A stretch of DNA of 64,000 bases from NCBI GenBank assembly GCA_013265495.1, contig MU058198.1, forward strand, positions 4,479,779 to 4,543,778, written 5' to 3'. Source of the DNA: Vicugna vicugna (Eukaryota). The notes beneath the pieces were generated by a model. It saw only the letters and a program-made list of their open reading frames with translations, searched no databases and was not told where the DNA came from. Position numbers and translations under genes: made by a program. Positions 35,220 through 47,555 of this stretch are shown here, piece after piece. Numbering within the stretch: the first letter of the stretch is position 1; each line of letters begins with the position of its first letter.

Positions 35220-36250
35220 AGGGCGGGGGCGCCGGGAGGGGGTGTGTCAGACACCCGGGGTCGGGCGGCAGGAGGCGAGGCCCAGTGGGTGGAGCCGGCT
35301 GTGCAGGCACCGCCCGGCCCCAGGTTCGAGGATCCAGGCACCGCGGCGCGCCCAGGCCGCTGCGGGTGGCTGGCTGGGAGGGGGGTCGGCGTCGTCCGAA
35401 GCCAGCTCCAGGCTCTTCCGGCCCAAGGTGACCCGGCCGTCCTCAGGAAACCTCCGCACGTTGAGGAAAGGCCGCGAAGCGGTCCCGCCCCTGAAGGAAG
35501 AGAAGCCGGCGGTACCTAGCAAGGCCTCGCAGAGACCGACCGCCGGCTCCTCGCTCGCGGCCTCGTCCGCTCAGCTCCGGGACTGCGCGGGGGGCGCTGG
35601 GAGCCGCGACCACGCATGCGCCGCTCGCGCCCGCGCGCTGCGGGATTCAGGGGAAGCTTTCTCGCCGGCGAGGGGCTGGGAGGAGGGGGCTTGCGCGGCG
35701 GACTCTCGCGAGACCGCGCAGCGTAGTCGCTTGCCGCCGAGACACTTTAGGAATGAGGAGGGGCGCGGTGGAGCTTCCTCGGGGCGGAGGGACACAGCGC
35801 AGGCACTTTGCGAGAGACGGAGGCACAGTGTGAGAAACGGAGGCACAGTGTGAGAAACGGGGGCACAGTGTGAGAAACGGGAGTGGGCGTCCTCAATCAA
35901 CGGGGCAGTCTGGAAAGCGAGGAGACGTCTCTGAGGTGGTGGGGCACGACTGAGGAGGGGGCGCACAGTCCTTTCTGCCGCGGGGTGGGGACTCGTTTGC
36001 CTGGCGGAGGGACCAGGCGGAAGGTTCTGCCTCTCAGCGAAGTTTGGGTCGCGTGCTGGCGGGTGTTCCGCAGGCGGTGACCCTCGGCGGGACGGCGGCC
36101 CCCGCGGAGAGGCTTCGCGCAGCACTGGCAGGTCCCTTGCGGGAGCACCGGTGAATGTCCCTATCTGTTCCCCGAGGGGCAGCGCGAGGGCCCCCCTCTT
36201 TTCCTTTGGGTTTACTACCCGGGGTACCGGGAAATCGGTGTGGCTGAAAG
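35220..36250. promoter_or_regulatory. CpG island / ZKSCAN2 promoter with TCTCGCGAGA palindrome (35704-35713) and NRF1-like ACGCATGCGC (35612-35621)
   Basis: Very high GC and CpG density immediately 5' of the ZKSCAN2 ATG; motifs read directly from the sequence. Confidence 0.85.
35801..35880. repeat. Minisatellite, 4 x 20 bp (AGGCACAGTGTGAGAAACGG)
   Basis: Units at 35801, 35821, 35841 and 35861; the middle two are identical, the last has 1 mismatch, the first 4. Confidence 0.92.
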
Positions 36251-39200
36251 TGTTCGGAGGGGATGTCATCCCTGATTCACCTCCGACCAGACCCCAGCTT
36301 CCTCCCTCCTGGCGGTGCGGGAGAAGCTGTCCACGTTCCCCAACTTCTGTGAAACTCCAGAGCTGTGCCCGCCCACCCTTCCCTCCCTCCTTCCATCCCG
36401 TTTTCGATTAGGTGCCAGGCAGTTTTACGCATTTGGCGTATCAGTGGGCAAAACGGAAATCCTTATTCTAGGAGGAGGGGGTGTTGATAGCCTATTAGAA
36501 AATAAAGCTTAGGGACTTTTCTTTCTCAGAGAAAGTCTTAGTTAAAACCTGACTTGCAATCTCTAGTAGCCAAGAGGCATTAGATGAGACTCTATTGGAC
36601 ATGAAGTATATGCCACAGGTTGTCTTTACACAGCTGTCTATGAAGCACTTTATTTTATTTTGTCCTTTACAATATTTATTGAGCACCTGGGTTTTGTTTT
36701 GTTTTTGCCAGACTTGATAAGTGGTGAGAAAAACAGCATTCTCTGCCACTGTTGAGTTTTTCAGTCTGGCAGGAGAGGCCGGTGTTAATCAAATAATCTA
36801 CAAACTAATGTACAGTTGTAACTGGGGCGGGTACCTGCCAAGAAGAGGAACGTGGTGCTGAAAGTCTGTGTATATTAGAGGGAGTTGACCTAGTCAGGAG
36901 GCCTTGGACAGTTTCTTTGAAGAAGTAAAACTAGGAATGAGATCCAAAGGAGGAGTAAGAGCTGAACAGGCAAAGTCTAGGCCTCACAGATATCCTGTAA
37001 AGCAGATAAGATTACGTCCGTTTTAGAGTTAAGAATATTGACACCTCAGTGAGGTGACATAACTGCTCAAGGTTACTTCAGACTAAGTGGCAACCCATGA
37101 TTCTGATTCAGCTAAGAATAGGGTCTTTTATATGCCCCTTGAGCCATTGGGCGGTTTTAGGAGAGGTAAATGTCACCAGCAGCTCAGGGACATTAGGGAG
37201 CAGTGGTCACAAACTCAAAAGGCTGCTGGGCTCAGGCAGGTGACAGGTGAGTGAATAGGCAGAGTATAAGACAATAGGGACTGGGGAGTGGTGGAAGCTG
37301 CAGTGAACTGGAGGCCATGCCTTCTGTCTAAAGAAAAAAGCCAGGTGAAATGATCACACTTGTAAATAATCGGCAAATACATCTTTCTCCCCTGCTACAA
37401 TGTTAGCTACATGAAGCAGGACTTTTTTTTTAAACCCTTTTGTACCAGTGACTTACTCATGGTAGGCCCTCAGGCAGCCTCATTGGCTGTCTGAACCTCT
37501 GAACAATTACTTGTGCACAGTTCCACAGATTTTGAAGCACGTTTACATTCCCTTTCTTATTTTATCCACCAGGCTCTACGTTGGTTCCTTATTTGCTTCT
37601 GTCATGGTCTCTGCATGAAAAACGTCCAAAAGCCCTCCCTGACCACCCCAACAAATATGTAGGTACGTCTTCCTTTTGTAACTCTCCACCCTCTCCATAT
37701 TTTAGCTCCCCTCCCTATGTTCTTGGCATCATATCTTGATTTCCTCTGCTTATCTTGCCCATTTTATTTTTAAACAATGTTTTGTTGTTTTGGTTCTGAC
37801 CTAGAACTTCAGGTGTTGACCTTGGGCCTACCGTCAACAACCAGGTACCCCTTCCTACACTCACCCTCAGCCCCTGCAGCTCCAGGCTGTGCCCAGCTGC
37901 TTCTGGTCAGGAGGGGTACATGAAAGGTTTCATTTCTTAGAAAACACTCTCTTGAGACATCTTGCTCCAAAAGAAAGTGAACATCCCTACACATCTGGAC
38001 TTAATATTCCATCACATGGACTTGAGCAAGACAAAATCTCAAGTCTGCATGGGACGGTTGTAGCACAGCCTCCTCAAAACTCCTCTTGGAGCAGGGGGTA
38101 CTAGAGCTTGCTGTTTCTTACCTCTATTCAGAAATCATTGTTATTTTTATTTTTTTTTGTGGCCTGTCAGTAACACAAGCAGACACACATATATGTATAT
38201 GTTTAATGGAAAATTTCAAACATACAAAGGAGTAGAGAGAATTGACTCTCATGTTCTCATGTTATGGCTTTAACAATTAGCCATTCAAGGCCTATCTTGT
38301 CTTCTCTATACCTCTACTCACTCCCCTGATCCTGGATTATTTTGAAGCAAATCTCAGACATGAAATATTTCCTTTGTAGCTGTCGGAACATACTGCGAGA
38401 AGACAAGGATTCCCATCTTAAATGAAACTTCAGTATCATCATAATCCGTTCCCAGTAGCATCAACAATTCCTTAGTGTCATCTTTTTTAAACAGACTATT
38501 TGTTTGAAAGGTGGTTTGCAAAGGAAAAAAGGTCATAGATGCTGGACAGGTAAAAAAAACAAGTGTCCTTCATATTTTCTAGTTAGATATTTACATTTAC
38601 TTCAGCATGAAAATGTTGGCACTTTGGGAACAGAAGAGTAGATTGTTGATAAAGTAGTGAATCAATATAGGTCAATAAATGAAGCAGATCATGCTACTCA
38701 GAGACACCTTCGAGGTGTGGTTAGTTTCATAAGAACCCACCCTCTGAGTTGACCGAAACCCTGATAGCACTCTTCCCATGATCTCCAGAGGAGCAGTCAC
38801 ACCAGTGGACTGTTTCCCTCCTTGGTGGTGCATCTGCTATCACACGTGCCATTTCACAAGCAGCCTTGGAATGACCTTTCCCTCTGTCCATGGTGCTGAT
38901 CCACCAGCCTTTGGCCAGCAACCAGAGGAGCTACAACTTGCTTTTGGCCAGTGGGATTTAATGTACCATAAAAGTGAACATTAAATAGTTCCAAGAGATA
39001 CTATCAGTGCTTATGCTCAGTTAAAAAAAAATCCAAGCTGAAAGTGAAAAGTGAAAAACATTGAGTGTATGTGTATTGGTGTGTCTATTTCAGACGTAGT
39101 ATAAATGTTTTCAAATGTGATTTCTTAACCAAACTATAACTAATTGAAGTAAATGTCCATTTCACAAATTAAAAATTTCCTCTCCCACTTGTTCGCAATG

Positions 39201-39899
39201 ATGGTCAGATAGTTGACAGAATAACCCAGCTGTTAAAATGTTTCAGTTCCTTGCACTCCATTGAGCAACACAATAATGAAAAATTCTCAAGTATTTCTTG
39301 ATATGCGTATATAATAGTCAACAATTTTTTTTTTGCTGCATCTCTATGAAGCATCATGCCAGGCACTAGTGGGATAGACAGGGACATTAGACTTAACCCT
39401 TTTACTCAAAATGTGAACAGTAAAGTGAGGAAAAAAGAGTCATTGAATTGTTACGTATTAGAATAAGTGTTGTGGGAGGGGGATGCATGAAGGCCTGTGA
39501 CAGTACAGAGCATAGCCCCTCTGCCACCAGGAAAAGCTTCATAGCTTCCTGTTTAGCAGGAAAGGATAGAAGACCATTCCAAGGAGAAGTAACATCATGA
39601 GCACAAGTGGTATTTTCATGTAATGGTATGAAGTTGAGTATGCTGTGAACTTAGTGTTGGGCAAGGACGTGGTGGAAGATGAAGCTGTGCACACAAGCTG
39701 GAGGGAATTTGGACTTTATAATGAAGGCAATGGAAAGTGTGTCCATTTCTTTAGGAAGGTGAGGGCACCTCGGTGCCTTTGGGAGGAAGGTCTCTCCCAG
39801 ATAGACCCCTGGGCTAGAGCTGCTATGGAAATAGTATGCTGAGAGAGGACTCAGCATACAGGGACTTGAGTAAAATGATTTCTAGGGTCTGTCAATTTT

Positions 39900-40220
39900 T
39901 CTGTTCATCCACTCATCCATTAAACACATATATAGAGACTAATTCTGTTTCAGGTAAAGTATTGAATGCTAAAGACACCAGGGTAAAGGACATAGATGAT
40001 TCCTGCCCTTAAGGAGCTTACATTCTAGATGTTAGGTTCTAGATGGAGATTGGAGAAGGAGAAAAATAATATACAAGGAAACATATAAGCAACCAGGATA
40101 ATTATGAGGTTGTTATAAATACTAAGGAGAAAATAAATAGGATGATGGGACAGACTAACTAGGCAGGGGTTACTTTATAAGGTCTGATCAGGGAAAGGCT
40201 TCTTTGAGGTTTGAGTAGGT
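39900..40220 (-). mobile_element. L2 3' fragment
   Basis: 'ttcatccactcatccattaaacacatat...cctgcccttaaggagcttacattctag...gatcagggaaaggcttctttgagg'. Confidence 0.65.
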
Positions 40221-40452
40221 CTAAGAGAGTAGACGCTTCCCTACCCAAACTGTGTGATCTGATAATGGGCTCGTGGGTCATCTCGCAAATGATGTACTAT
40301 CTACACCAGTTCTCTGTGGTTGCTGAGAAGATAAGATGTATCTGTGGAACTGTTGTCTAGTCTACTAGTTTGCCCTAAGTACAGTCTACCTGAAAATGAG
40401 GTCCAGACAGAGAAAGCAGGGCCGAAAAGTGGAGAGCATGTCATGGAGTTCG

Positions 40453-40854
40453 TTTTTTTTTTTTTTTTTAAATTGAAGTACTGTCAGTTACAATGTGTCA
40501 GTTTCTGGTGTGCAGCACAATGTCCCAGTCATGCATATACATACATCTATTTGTTTTCATATTTTTTTCATTAAAGGTTATTATAAGATATTGAACGTAA
40601 TTCCCTGTGCTACACAGAAGAAACTTCTTAAAATCTATTTTTATGTATAGTGGCTAATATTTGTAAATCTCAGACTCCCAAATTTATCCCTTTCCAACCC
40701 CTTTCCCTGGTAACCATAGATTGTTTACTACGTCTGCGAGTCCGTTTCTGTTTTGTAGATGAGTTGATAGAGTCCTTTTTTTTTTTTGGATTCTACATAT
40801 GAGTGATATATGATATTTTTCTTTCTCTTTCTGGCTTACTTCACTTAGAAAGAC
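40453..40854 (-). mobile_element. Young 5'-truncated L1 3' end with TSD, inserted into an MLT1-like LTR (about 40330-40995)
   Basis: Poly-T tail, L1 3'UTR ('ttttctttctctttctggcttacttcacttagaa'), flanking TCATG(G/A)AGTTC repeats at 40441 and 40855; LTR end 'tctgtcacttacaacccatacagttctgactagtata' downstream. Confidence 0.85.
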
Positions 40855-42460
40855 TCATGAAGTTCTAAAGTCCTAGACCTGAAGCCTGAGGACCTGGTCT
40901 TTTTTCTGTTTTGAGCCAGTACATTTCTTGTTTTGCTGAAGTCACTTTGAATTAAATTTCTGTCACTTACAACCCATACAGTTCTGACTAGTATATGATA
41001 TAAGTATTTTACACGTCACCTCAGGTGACTTGGGAATTATCATCTCACACTGCAAACTGACTATACTTCAGTTAAAAAAAAGAAATTATTGTCTCCATTT
41101 TACAGATGAGGAATTAAAGGGCTGAAGGTCCAGGTAATTTGCACAGATCTCCCAGATAATCACTGAAAGAGCTGGGATTTGGCACAGGTTGATCCTGAAT
41201 CTAAAGAGAATGGACTTTCCTCCAAATCTTTGAAAGTGTTGTCAGGTTTGGTGTCTCCAAGAAACAGAAGCACCTATGATTCAAAGTCTCCTTTGGAGAG
41301 GCTACCTTCCTTGTGCTCAGTTGTAGAATTCAGTCAGTGAATTGTCGGCTGACTCAGGTTGTTGTTTCTACAGTCTATGAACTTGCAGTTTATGGTATTT
41401 TGTAATTTTGTTTTCCTTGCCGTTTTGCTGCAGCTTTGTGAGCAAACATTGCCTGTGATTTATATTGGCCACGGTAATGAAACGCACGCGTGCGTGCGCG
41501 CGCACACACAAACACAGTCTCTTCTTCAGAACAATCCACAGCTCTCTGATTAATCACATTTGTAAAGTGCAGTGTTTACAGGAAATCAGCAGGTGGCAAT
41601 TAGCATCTTGGACATTATCTGGGAAACACAACTGGAGCTGCCACTTCAGGATGGAAACATAGCAATAACCAGCAAAGTGACAAACCCCCTTGGAGCTGGG
41701 AATGAGTCGGCCAGGGAACAGGGGCTGCTAGGCACACAGCAGCTGGTGGGGCAGCCCGATGTGGGTCACAGATTGCATGCCAGCCCCTTCCTTTTCATCC
41801 TGACACTCAACAAGCAGTCTCTAGGTAGAGACATAAAATAGTTGCCTGACCGGCAGATTGTCTTAGAGCGACCTTTAAAAAACATTCAAAAACGAACAAG
41901 CAAACAAAAAAACCCCTCTGACCTCAGCCTAGGTACAGGCAGACACTGGCACTACTGTACTAGTTAGCGAAATACTGGACTGTTTCCATACCCGTTAGTG
42001 AACAGCTGCTGTCTTGAGCTTGCTTGGTGGCATCCCACCTGCTCTCCCTGGGGAGCCCCCACCCCTTCAGGATCCAGTGATCAAAAGGGGAAAGCCTGAC
42101 TCCTGCTCCCGTGTGGAGTCCAGGGTCTGTTCTGATTGGTCAGGGCCTGTGCTGTTAACCATTTGAAGCATCTGCCCCTGGGAGTTTCAGGGACCACTGC
42201 AGGAGACGGATACAGAGGAAGGGTTACTGGAAGGAGTAAGAGGAAGAAACAGTGCACGGTCCCTTTTATGCTTGAGATGATCTTCATCAGTAGTTGAAGA
42301 AATTCAGCATGTATGTTTTTGCCCATGTCTATGTCGTCTCTTTCTCTGTCTCTATCTCCGTCTCTGTCAGTGTGTATGAAGTGGCAGTCCAGCTCTGAAT
42401 CCTGGCCTCTGCCATACCATTTACAAGCGCTGTGACCTCGCAATGAGAATCAATGTCAAT

Positions 42461-42630
42461 CATTGGTTCTCAGCCCTGACTGCACACTAGAGTCACCTTG
42501 GGAGCTCTGACTGTAAAATACAAATCTTGGACCCTACCCACAGAGATCCTGATTCTGTAGATTTGAGACAAGGTCCAATGATCAAATTTTTTTCAGAATC
42601 ACTCCTCAGATGATTTGAAGGTGCTGCTGC
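42461..42630. mobile_element. MER5-like hAT-Charlie MITE inside a MIR
   Basis: 'ggttctcagccctgactgcacactagagtcacct...cccacagagatcctgattctgtagatttg'. Confidence 0.65.
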
Positions 42631-42809
42631 CCCACTAACAAACTTTCTAAGCTTCAACTTCCTCATGTAATAGAAAATGCTTACCAGTGCCCATTGTGTG
42701 GGGTTAAATGAGATAATATATGTAAGGTTTTCTTAGTACAGAGCGTGGGGCATAACCTTGTGTTAGTTCCATTAATAATTAATATTCAGTACTTTAAAAA
42801 GCAGTTTTT

Positions 42810-43860
42810 AGTACTTTATTTTAATTACATAGGTAACAAATAAATCATCTTGGCTATAAACAATTCACATAACATAGAGTAAAAAGTGATGAAAGGTTTC
42901 CTCACTCCTTGTGCACAGAGGTGGACACTGTTACATTTCCATGTGTATCTTGCTAGAAGTTTACCTTTGCCTTTATTATAAAATGCGCATCTTTATAAAG
43001 ACGTAATTCTTTAATATGTGAATAGAACCATTTACACTGTTCAGTGACCTCCTTTTTACTTAGCAATAAATCTGTATACCTTGGAGATCTCTCTATGTCA
43101 GGATATAGAAATCTACCCTGTGATTTTAACAGTCGCATTTATCATATGACTAATGGTTTCACCATAACTTACTTAACCTTTCCCATATTAAAGGGCATTT
43201 TACAGAGTTTCTAGATTTTCACTCTTCCAAACAAATCTGCAATAAATAGGTCTGCTTATGCATCTTTGTGCATAGGGGTGAGTTTTCTTTAGATTATCCC
43301 TACAATTGATATCACTGGGTCAAAGATTACTGCATAAAATGATGTTAAGTTCTGCCGAATTGCTCTCCAAAAAGCTGTGCCGATTACATTCTTAACGATG
43401 AATGACAGTGCTGATTTTCCATCCCTTTCATTTCCTACATGTTTTTAAGGGAGTTATTTTTGCTTCAGGAACGTACAGCTCATAGTTGGGTAACAGGACA
43501 CAGAAACAAAGTGTCTCTGTCTTTTGCATTTCCCTGATGACTAATGGCATCGAGCACCTTTTCCTGTGCTTGCTGGCACGTGAACTTTCTGTTTAAGTGG
43601 TTTTCCCTTAAAAAAAAAAATGGGGCTTTGAGCCTTTTGCATGTCTGTTGATGGTCCATTTCAAATTCATGTGTGTGTATGGAGCGAGGCAAAGGTGGAG
43701 GTTCTTTTATTTTTATTTTTTCTAATTGTTCCAGCATCATTTGTTAAAAATTCTTCTCTTTCTGCACTGCACTGACTTGGCACCTTTGTTGAAAGTAAGT
43801 GGATTGAGTAGGTGTGCATCTTCCTGGACGCTATTCTCTGCCATTGATCTTTTTGCGCAT
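42810..43860 (-). mobile_element. Old L1M fragments (3'UTR and ORF2 end)
   Basis: 'ttttgcatttccctgatgactaatg...gagcacctttt', 'ttgttccagcatcatttgttaaaaa', 'tggcacctttgttgaaa'. Confidence 0.7.
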
Positions 43861-44414
43861 CCTTCCTTTGAGTCTTTGTCTTTTAATTGGCGATTGTTGA
43901 TGGACTTTGTTGACTCCCTTTTCTGTATCCTAATTTCTTTAATTAGGCCCAGTCTTTCTTGGTAGCAGCAAAGGATGAGAAAAACAAACAAAGGCAGATG
44001 GCTCTCTGACCCTAGTAAGCTGGTCCATGAAGCTGTCAGGCGAACGAACCCTGCTTTTATGTGTGTGGGTCTCTCCTTCCACTTAATCAGTGGTTGTCAG
44101 ATAAACGAATTAGGTGACATGGATTTACCAACATTTTCTACCTAAATTATGACCATGTCACTGAAAGACAGAGTAGAGCTGCAGTAGCCAAGAGTTTCCC
44201 GAGCTCCCAGCTTCAGCCCAGTTCCTTGAGTTTGCATCTCAAGCCCATCTCTCCCTCTTATCCTGTGCTAACTGCACAGAACCTCCCCACCCCTGCCCAG
44301 GCCTCCTGCCAGGGTGGGGCTGGCTGTTCTGCCTGTAATTGCTGCTTATTCTGTCCATTTCATGGGCATGTGCATTTTCTGATTATAACGTCATCATCGA
44401 GGAAAGGGACCCTC

Positions 44415-44770
44415 TGTTACTAGTTTCCTAGGGCTGCCGTAACAGCCTGCCACACAGTGTGGGGCTTGAACAACAAAGTTATTTTCTCACGTTCTGGAGG
44501 CTAGAGGTCTGAGATCAAGGTGTCAGCAGGGTTGGTTTCGTCTGAGGCCTCTCTCTTTGCCCGTGGGTGGCCGTCTTCTCCCTGTGTCCTCACATGGTCT
44601 TCTTTCTTCTGGGAAGGACACCAGTCATGTTGGATTAGGGTCCACCTTGATGTTTATCGTCTTAATCATCTCGTAAAAGACCCTGGCTCCAAATACAGTC
44701 ATATTCTGAGGTACTGGGGGTTAGGACTTGAACATATGGATTTGGAGGGCCCACAGTTCAGCCCATAACA
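44415..44770 (-). mobile_element. MLT1A/B-type MaLR solo LTR
   Basis: TG...CA ends; 'tagtttcctagggctgccgtaaca', 'ttctggaggctagaggtctgagatcaaggtgtcagcaggg', 'aatacagtcatattctgaggtactgggggttaggactt'. Confidence 0.85.
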
Positions 44771-45539
44771 CTGTCTGAGTGGTCAGACATGGCCTTGGCC
44801 TCGTTCAGTCACAGCTGGACCCCTGGCTGCACCTGGCTGGATTCAGCTGTGGTATTGGCTCATCTCATTCCTGGGACCCTAAGAATGTACAACCCTCTGT
44901 TCTCTCTTCTTCTCATGTCTTTCTCTCCTAAGGGCCTCCCTGAATTTACAATTTGAATTATTGCTGTTAACATGACATATATAATGGATCCAAACCTTTT
45001 GTAAATTTATTTCTGAAATGAATATGTTTCTCTCCTTTAATACAGTAGATTTACCTTCTGATCCATTTGCCTTTTAAGAGTTTTGTGTCTTTTTCTCCCC
45101 CATCATATTTTATGTTTTCTGTTTACAATCCTACCTTGTTCTTTGTCCCCCTCCCCTACTTGCCTGCATATCATTGCATTGATTGAGTTTCTTTGGTTCA
45201 TTTTTTTCCATATTGGGTTTTGGAAGTTATAGATCCTATTCTGTTCTTCAGTGGTTGCCCTAATATTTTAACACATTAAAAAATCATTACTAAATTAGAG
45301 TGCAGATATGGGGGGGGGGAAGCTAAGCAGTACAGAAAGGCATAACATGAAAGGCAAGACTTTTTCCAGACTTCCCACCCCTCATTCTACTCCTCAGGGT
45401 AACCTACTTTTTAAGCATTTCTCTTTTTAATTTTTCTGCTTGTTACTTTCATAACAAATGATATTTTTATACTTTCACTTTTTAAATTTATCATATAGAG
45501 ACAGGATTTACTGAAGCTCTATTTTGAAAGTTAAGAATT

Positions 45540-45680
45540 GGGGGCGGGAAAGGTTATAGCTCAGTGGTAGAGCGCATGCCTAGCATGCGTGAGGCCCTGG
45601 GTTCAATCCCCAGCACCTGCACTAAAGATAAGTAAGTAAATAAATAAATAAACCTAACCACCCTCCTCCCCACAAAAAAG
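45540..45680 (+). mobile_element. tRNA-Ala-derived SINE (camelid Vic-1-like)
   Basis: A box TAGCTCAGTGG, B box GGTTCAATCC, (TAAA)n segment and A tail; flanking TGAAAGTTAAG repeats at 45525 and 45688. Confidence 0.85.
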
Positions 45681-46539
45681 AATGACCTGAAAGTTAAGGA
45701 ATGGTCTTACTTAAAACTCCCACCTCCAAATTTAACTAGCTACTTTATTATTTGTAGTTCTAACAATTATTCCTATAAGGTAAGTAAGATCTATAAACTT
45801 TAATTTCTTGTTGCATTTAGACAATATCTTTTGATACTATCAAAGATGTAGAAATATCCTATGTTTTTCACTTTCCTCTGCCTCCCAACTTCCGTGCATT
45901 GCAAGGTTCATAACATTTACATTTTGCTAATAGGTTTGGTATAGAAATTGAAAATGTGTAAACACTACTTATTATGATGATATTGTATATATCATGATAA
46001 TATAAACTCCTTTCATTGCAGAGAGAAGTTATATGATTGGACTTCTAGAAAGGAAAATACGATCGTATGTCGCTAAAGCTGTGTGCTTAAAGGTAGGTGC
46101 TCCAGGGTATCAGAATGAAGGGGATTCTCTTTTCTTAGACTCTGTCAGTTGCTCAAAATCACTTCACACTTAGGATGGCTTATGTCTGGGTATTTGGACC
46201 CTCACTTTCTTATGCAGCTTTTTTTTTTTTTGGTTCTGGAACTTCTAGTTGCCATTGCTTTTTTTTTTTTTCTTTTCTCCATAACCTAAGAAGCATGTCT
46301 TCATGATTTCCTTAAGTGTAACCGTATTTTCTAACTGCTGAGTGGAGTCTTCTTTCCAAAACGTCTCACCTGGAGCCCTCCAGCGTCCAGCTTAGATATA
46401 AACTAGTTGCTTCCTGGACCTGCTGCACGAATGTCCAGGGGTTTCCCTCTCGTGTATTCCTTGGTTGGCTCCATTGTATTTTGGATTCTGTGTTTTCCTC
46501 TTTTTCTGATTTTGTTTTTCATGAATGAATGCTTTCTTT

Positions 46540-46900
46540 TTTTTCAAAGAATGAAAGGTCAATTTTTTGAATCCTTGAATGTCTGAAAAGTAACTTTATT
46601 TTATTACACTTTATGCATAGTCTGGCTATTCATAGACTTATGTTTCCTTGCTGTGGGGAAAGTTTTTCCCGTTTTATTTCTTTTATTGTTTTATCCCCTT
46701 CATTCTCTGTGTTCCTTTTTTCCAGAACTACTGATAGGCAAGTTGTGGAAATTCTGTGTTTATTCTCTACTTCTCTGAAACTCTGTTTACCTAAGAATTT
46801 TAATCTTTTTGTCCTTTTATGATTCATTCTGGGAGTCGCTCAGCTTGATGTTTTAGACATCAGCTCCATGATGCAATGCTGTCCATATATTATCTTAAAT
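46540..46900 (-). mobile_element. Ancient L1/HAL1 ORF1 remnant
   Basis: Translation ...CLSVVLEKRNTENEGDKTIKEIKREKLS resembles the L1 ORF1p 'IIGVPE..E...IFKEI..ENF' region. Confidence 0.5.
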
Positions 46901-47455
46901 CGTAGTGAACATGGTTTGTGAATTTCCAAGTAATTATTTTTCTTAACAGGATTTTTTAATGTGTGTGATTTCTTATTGAATATTTCTGAAACTATTAATT
47001 ACACAATTTTAGCATTTTCTTTTGCTTCCTTAACTACCTATAATTCTTGAAGGGTTAATTTTCTCTTTCACGAGCTTGGGGCTTTACTTTTATGGTACTG
47101 GTTTTCTTTGTAGGTTGGGCTAGAGATAGAAGTCTAGATTCTACGTAATTTTCCCTCAAAACTTTATAGACGTTGCTTCTTCATCTTCTGATATTCAGTG
47201 TTGTTAAGAAGTCGGATGATACTATGATTATTTTTTTCTTATGTGGGTGTCTGGTTTTACATTTTTAAAAAAATTTCTTGGAGCTCCTAAGTTATTCTTT
47301 TTGTCAATTGAAAGGTAAGCACACCTTCAGAAATCAGAAAAATATTTGGGAAATAACATCAAAAAGTAGGGAACAACTTGACTAAACTGAAAGCTAACAC
47401 ACAAGGAAACAGAGAAGTAGGAACTGTGGGAGAGCAAGACTTTAGAATAAATATA

Positions 47456-47555
47456 GGACGAGGGTAGTAGCTCAGTGGTAGAACGTGTGCTTAGCATGCA
47501 CGAGGTCCTGGGTTCAATCCCCAGTACCTCCTCTAAAAATAGAATAAAATAAATA
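47456..47555 (+). mobile_element. tRNA-Ala-derived SINE (camelid Vic-1-like)
   Basis: 'tagctcagtggtagaacgtgtgcttagcatgcacgaggtcctgggttcaatccccagtacctcc' plus A-rich tail. Confidence 0.85.

Noticed and set aside
35801..35880. CRISPR-like or RSS-like interpretation of the 20-bp repeats
   Set aside because: No unique spacers, eukaryotic context, and no RSS nonamer at 12 or 23 bp
35063..36269. Several long ORFs (up to 232 aa) across the CpG island
   Set aside because: Stop-poor GC-rich sequence; low-complexity Ala/Arg/Pro/Gly products with no recognisable domain; mostly non-ATG starts
24765..38380. Similar segments at about 24765-24960 and 38205-38380
   Set aside because: Both look like independent fragments of the same old L1M 3' end, not a segmental duplication
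47462..47532. Possible genuine tRNA-Ala(AGC) gene
   Set aside because: Disrupted acceptor stem, A-rich tail with flanking repeat, no T-run terminator, and two sibling copies in the window indicate a SINE
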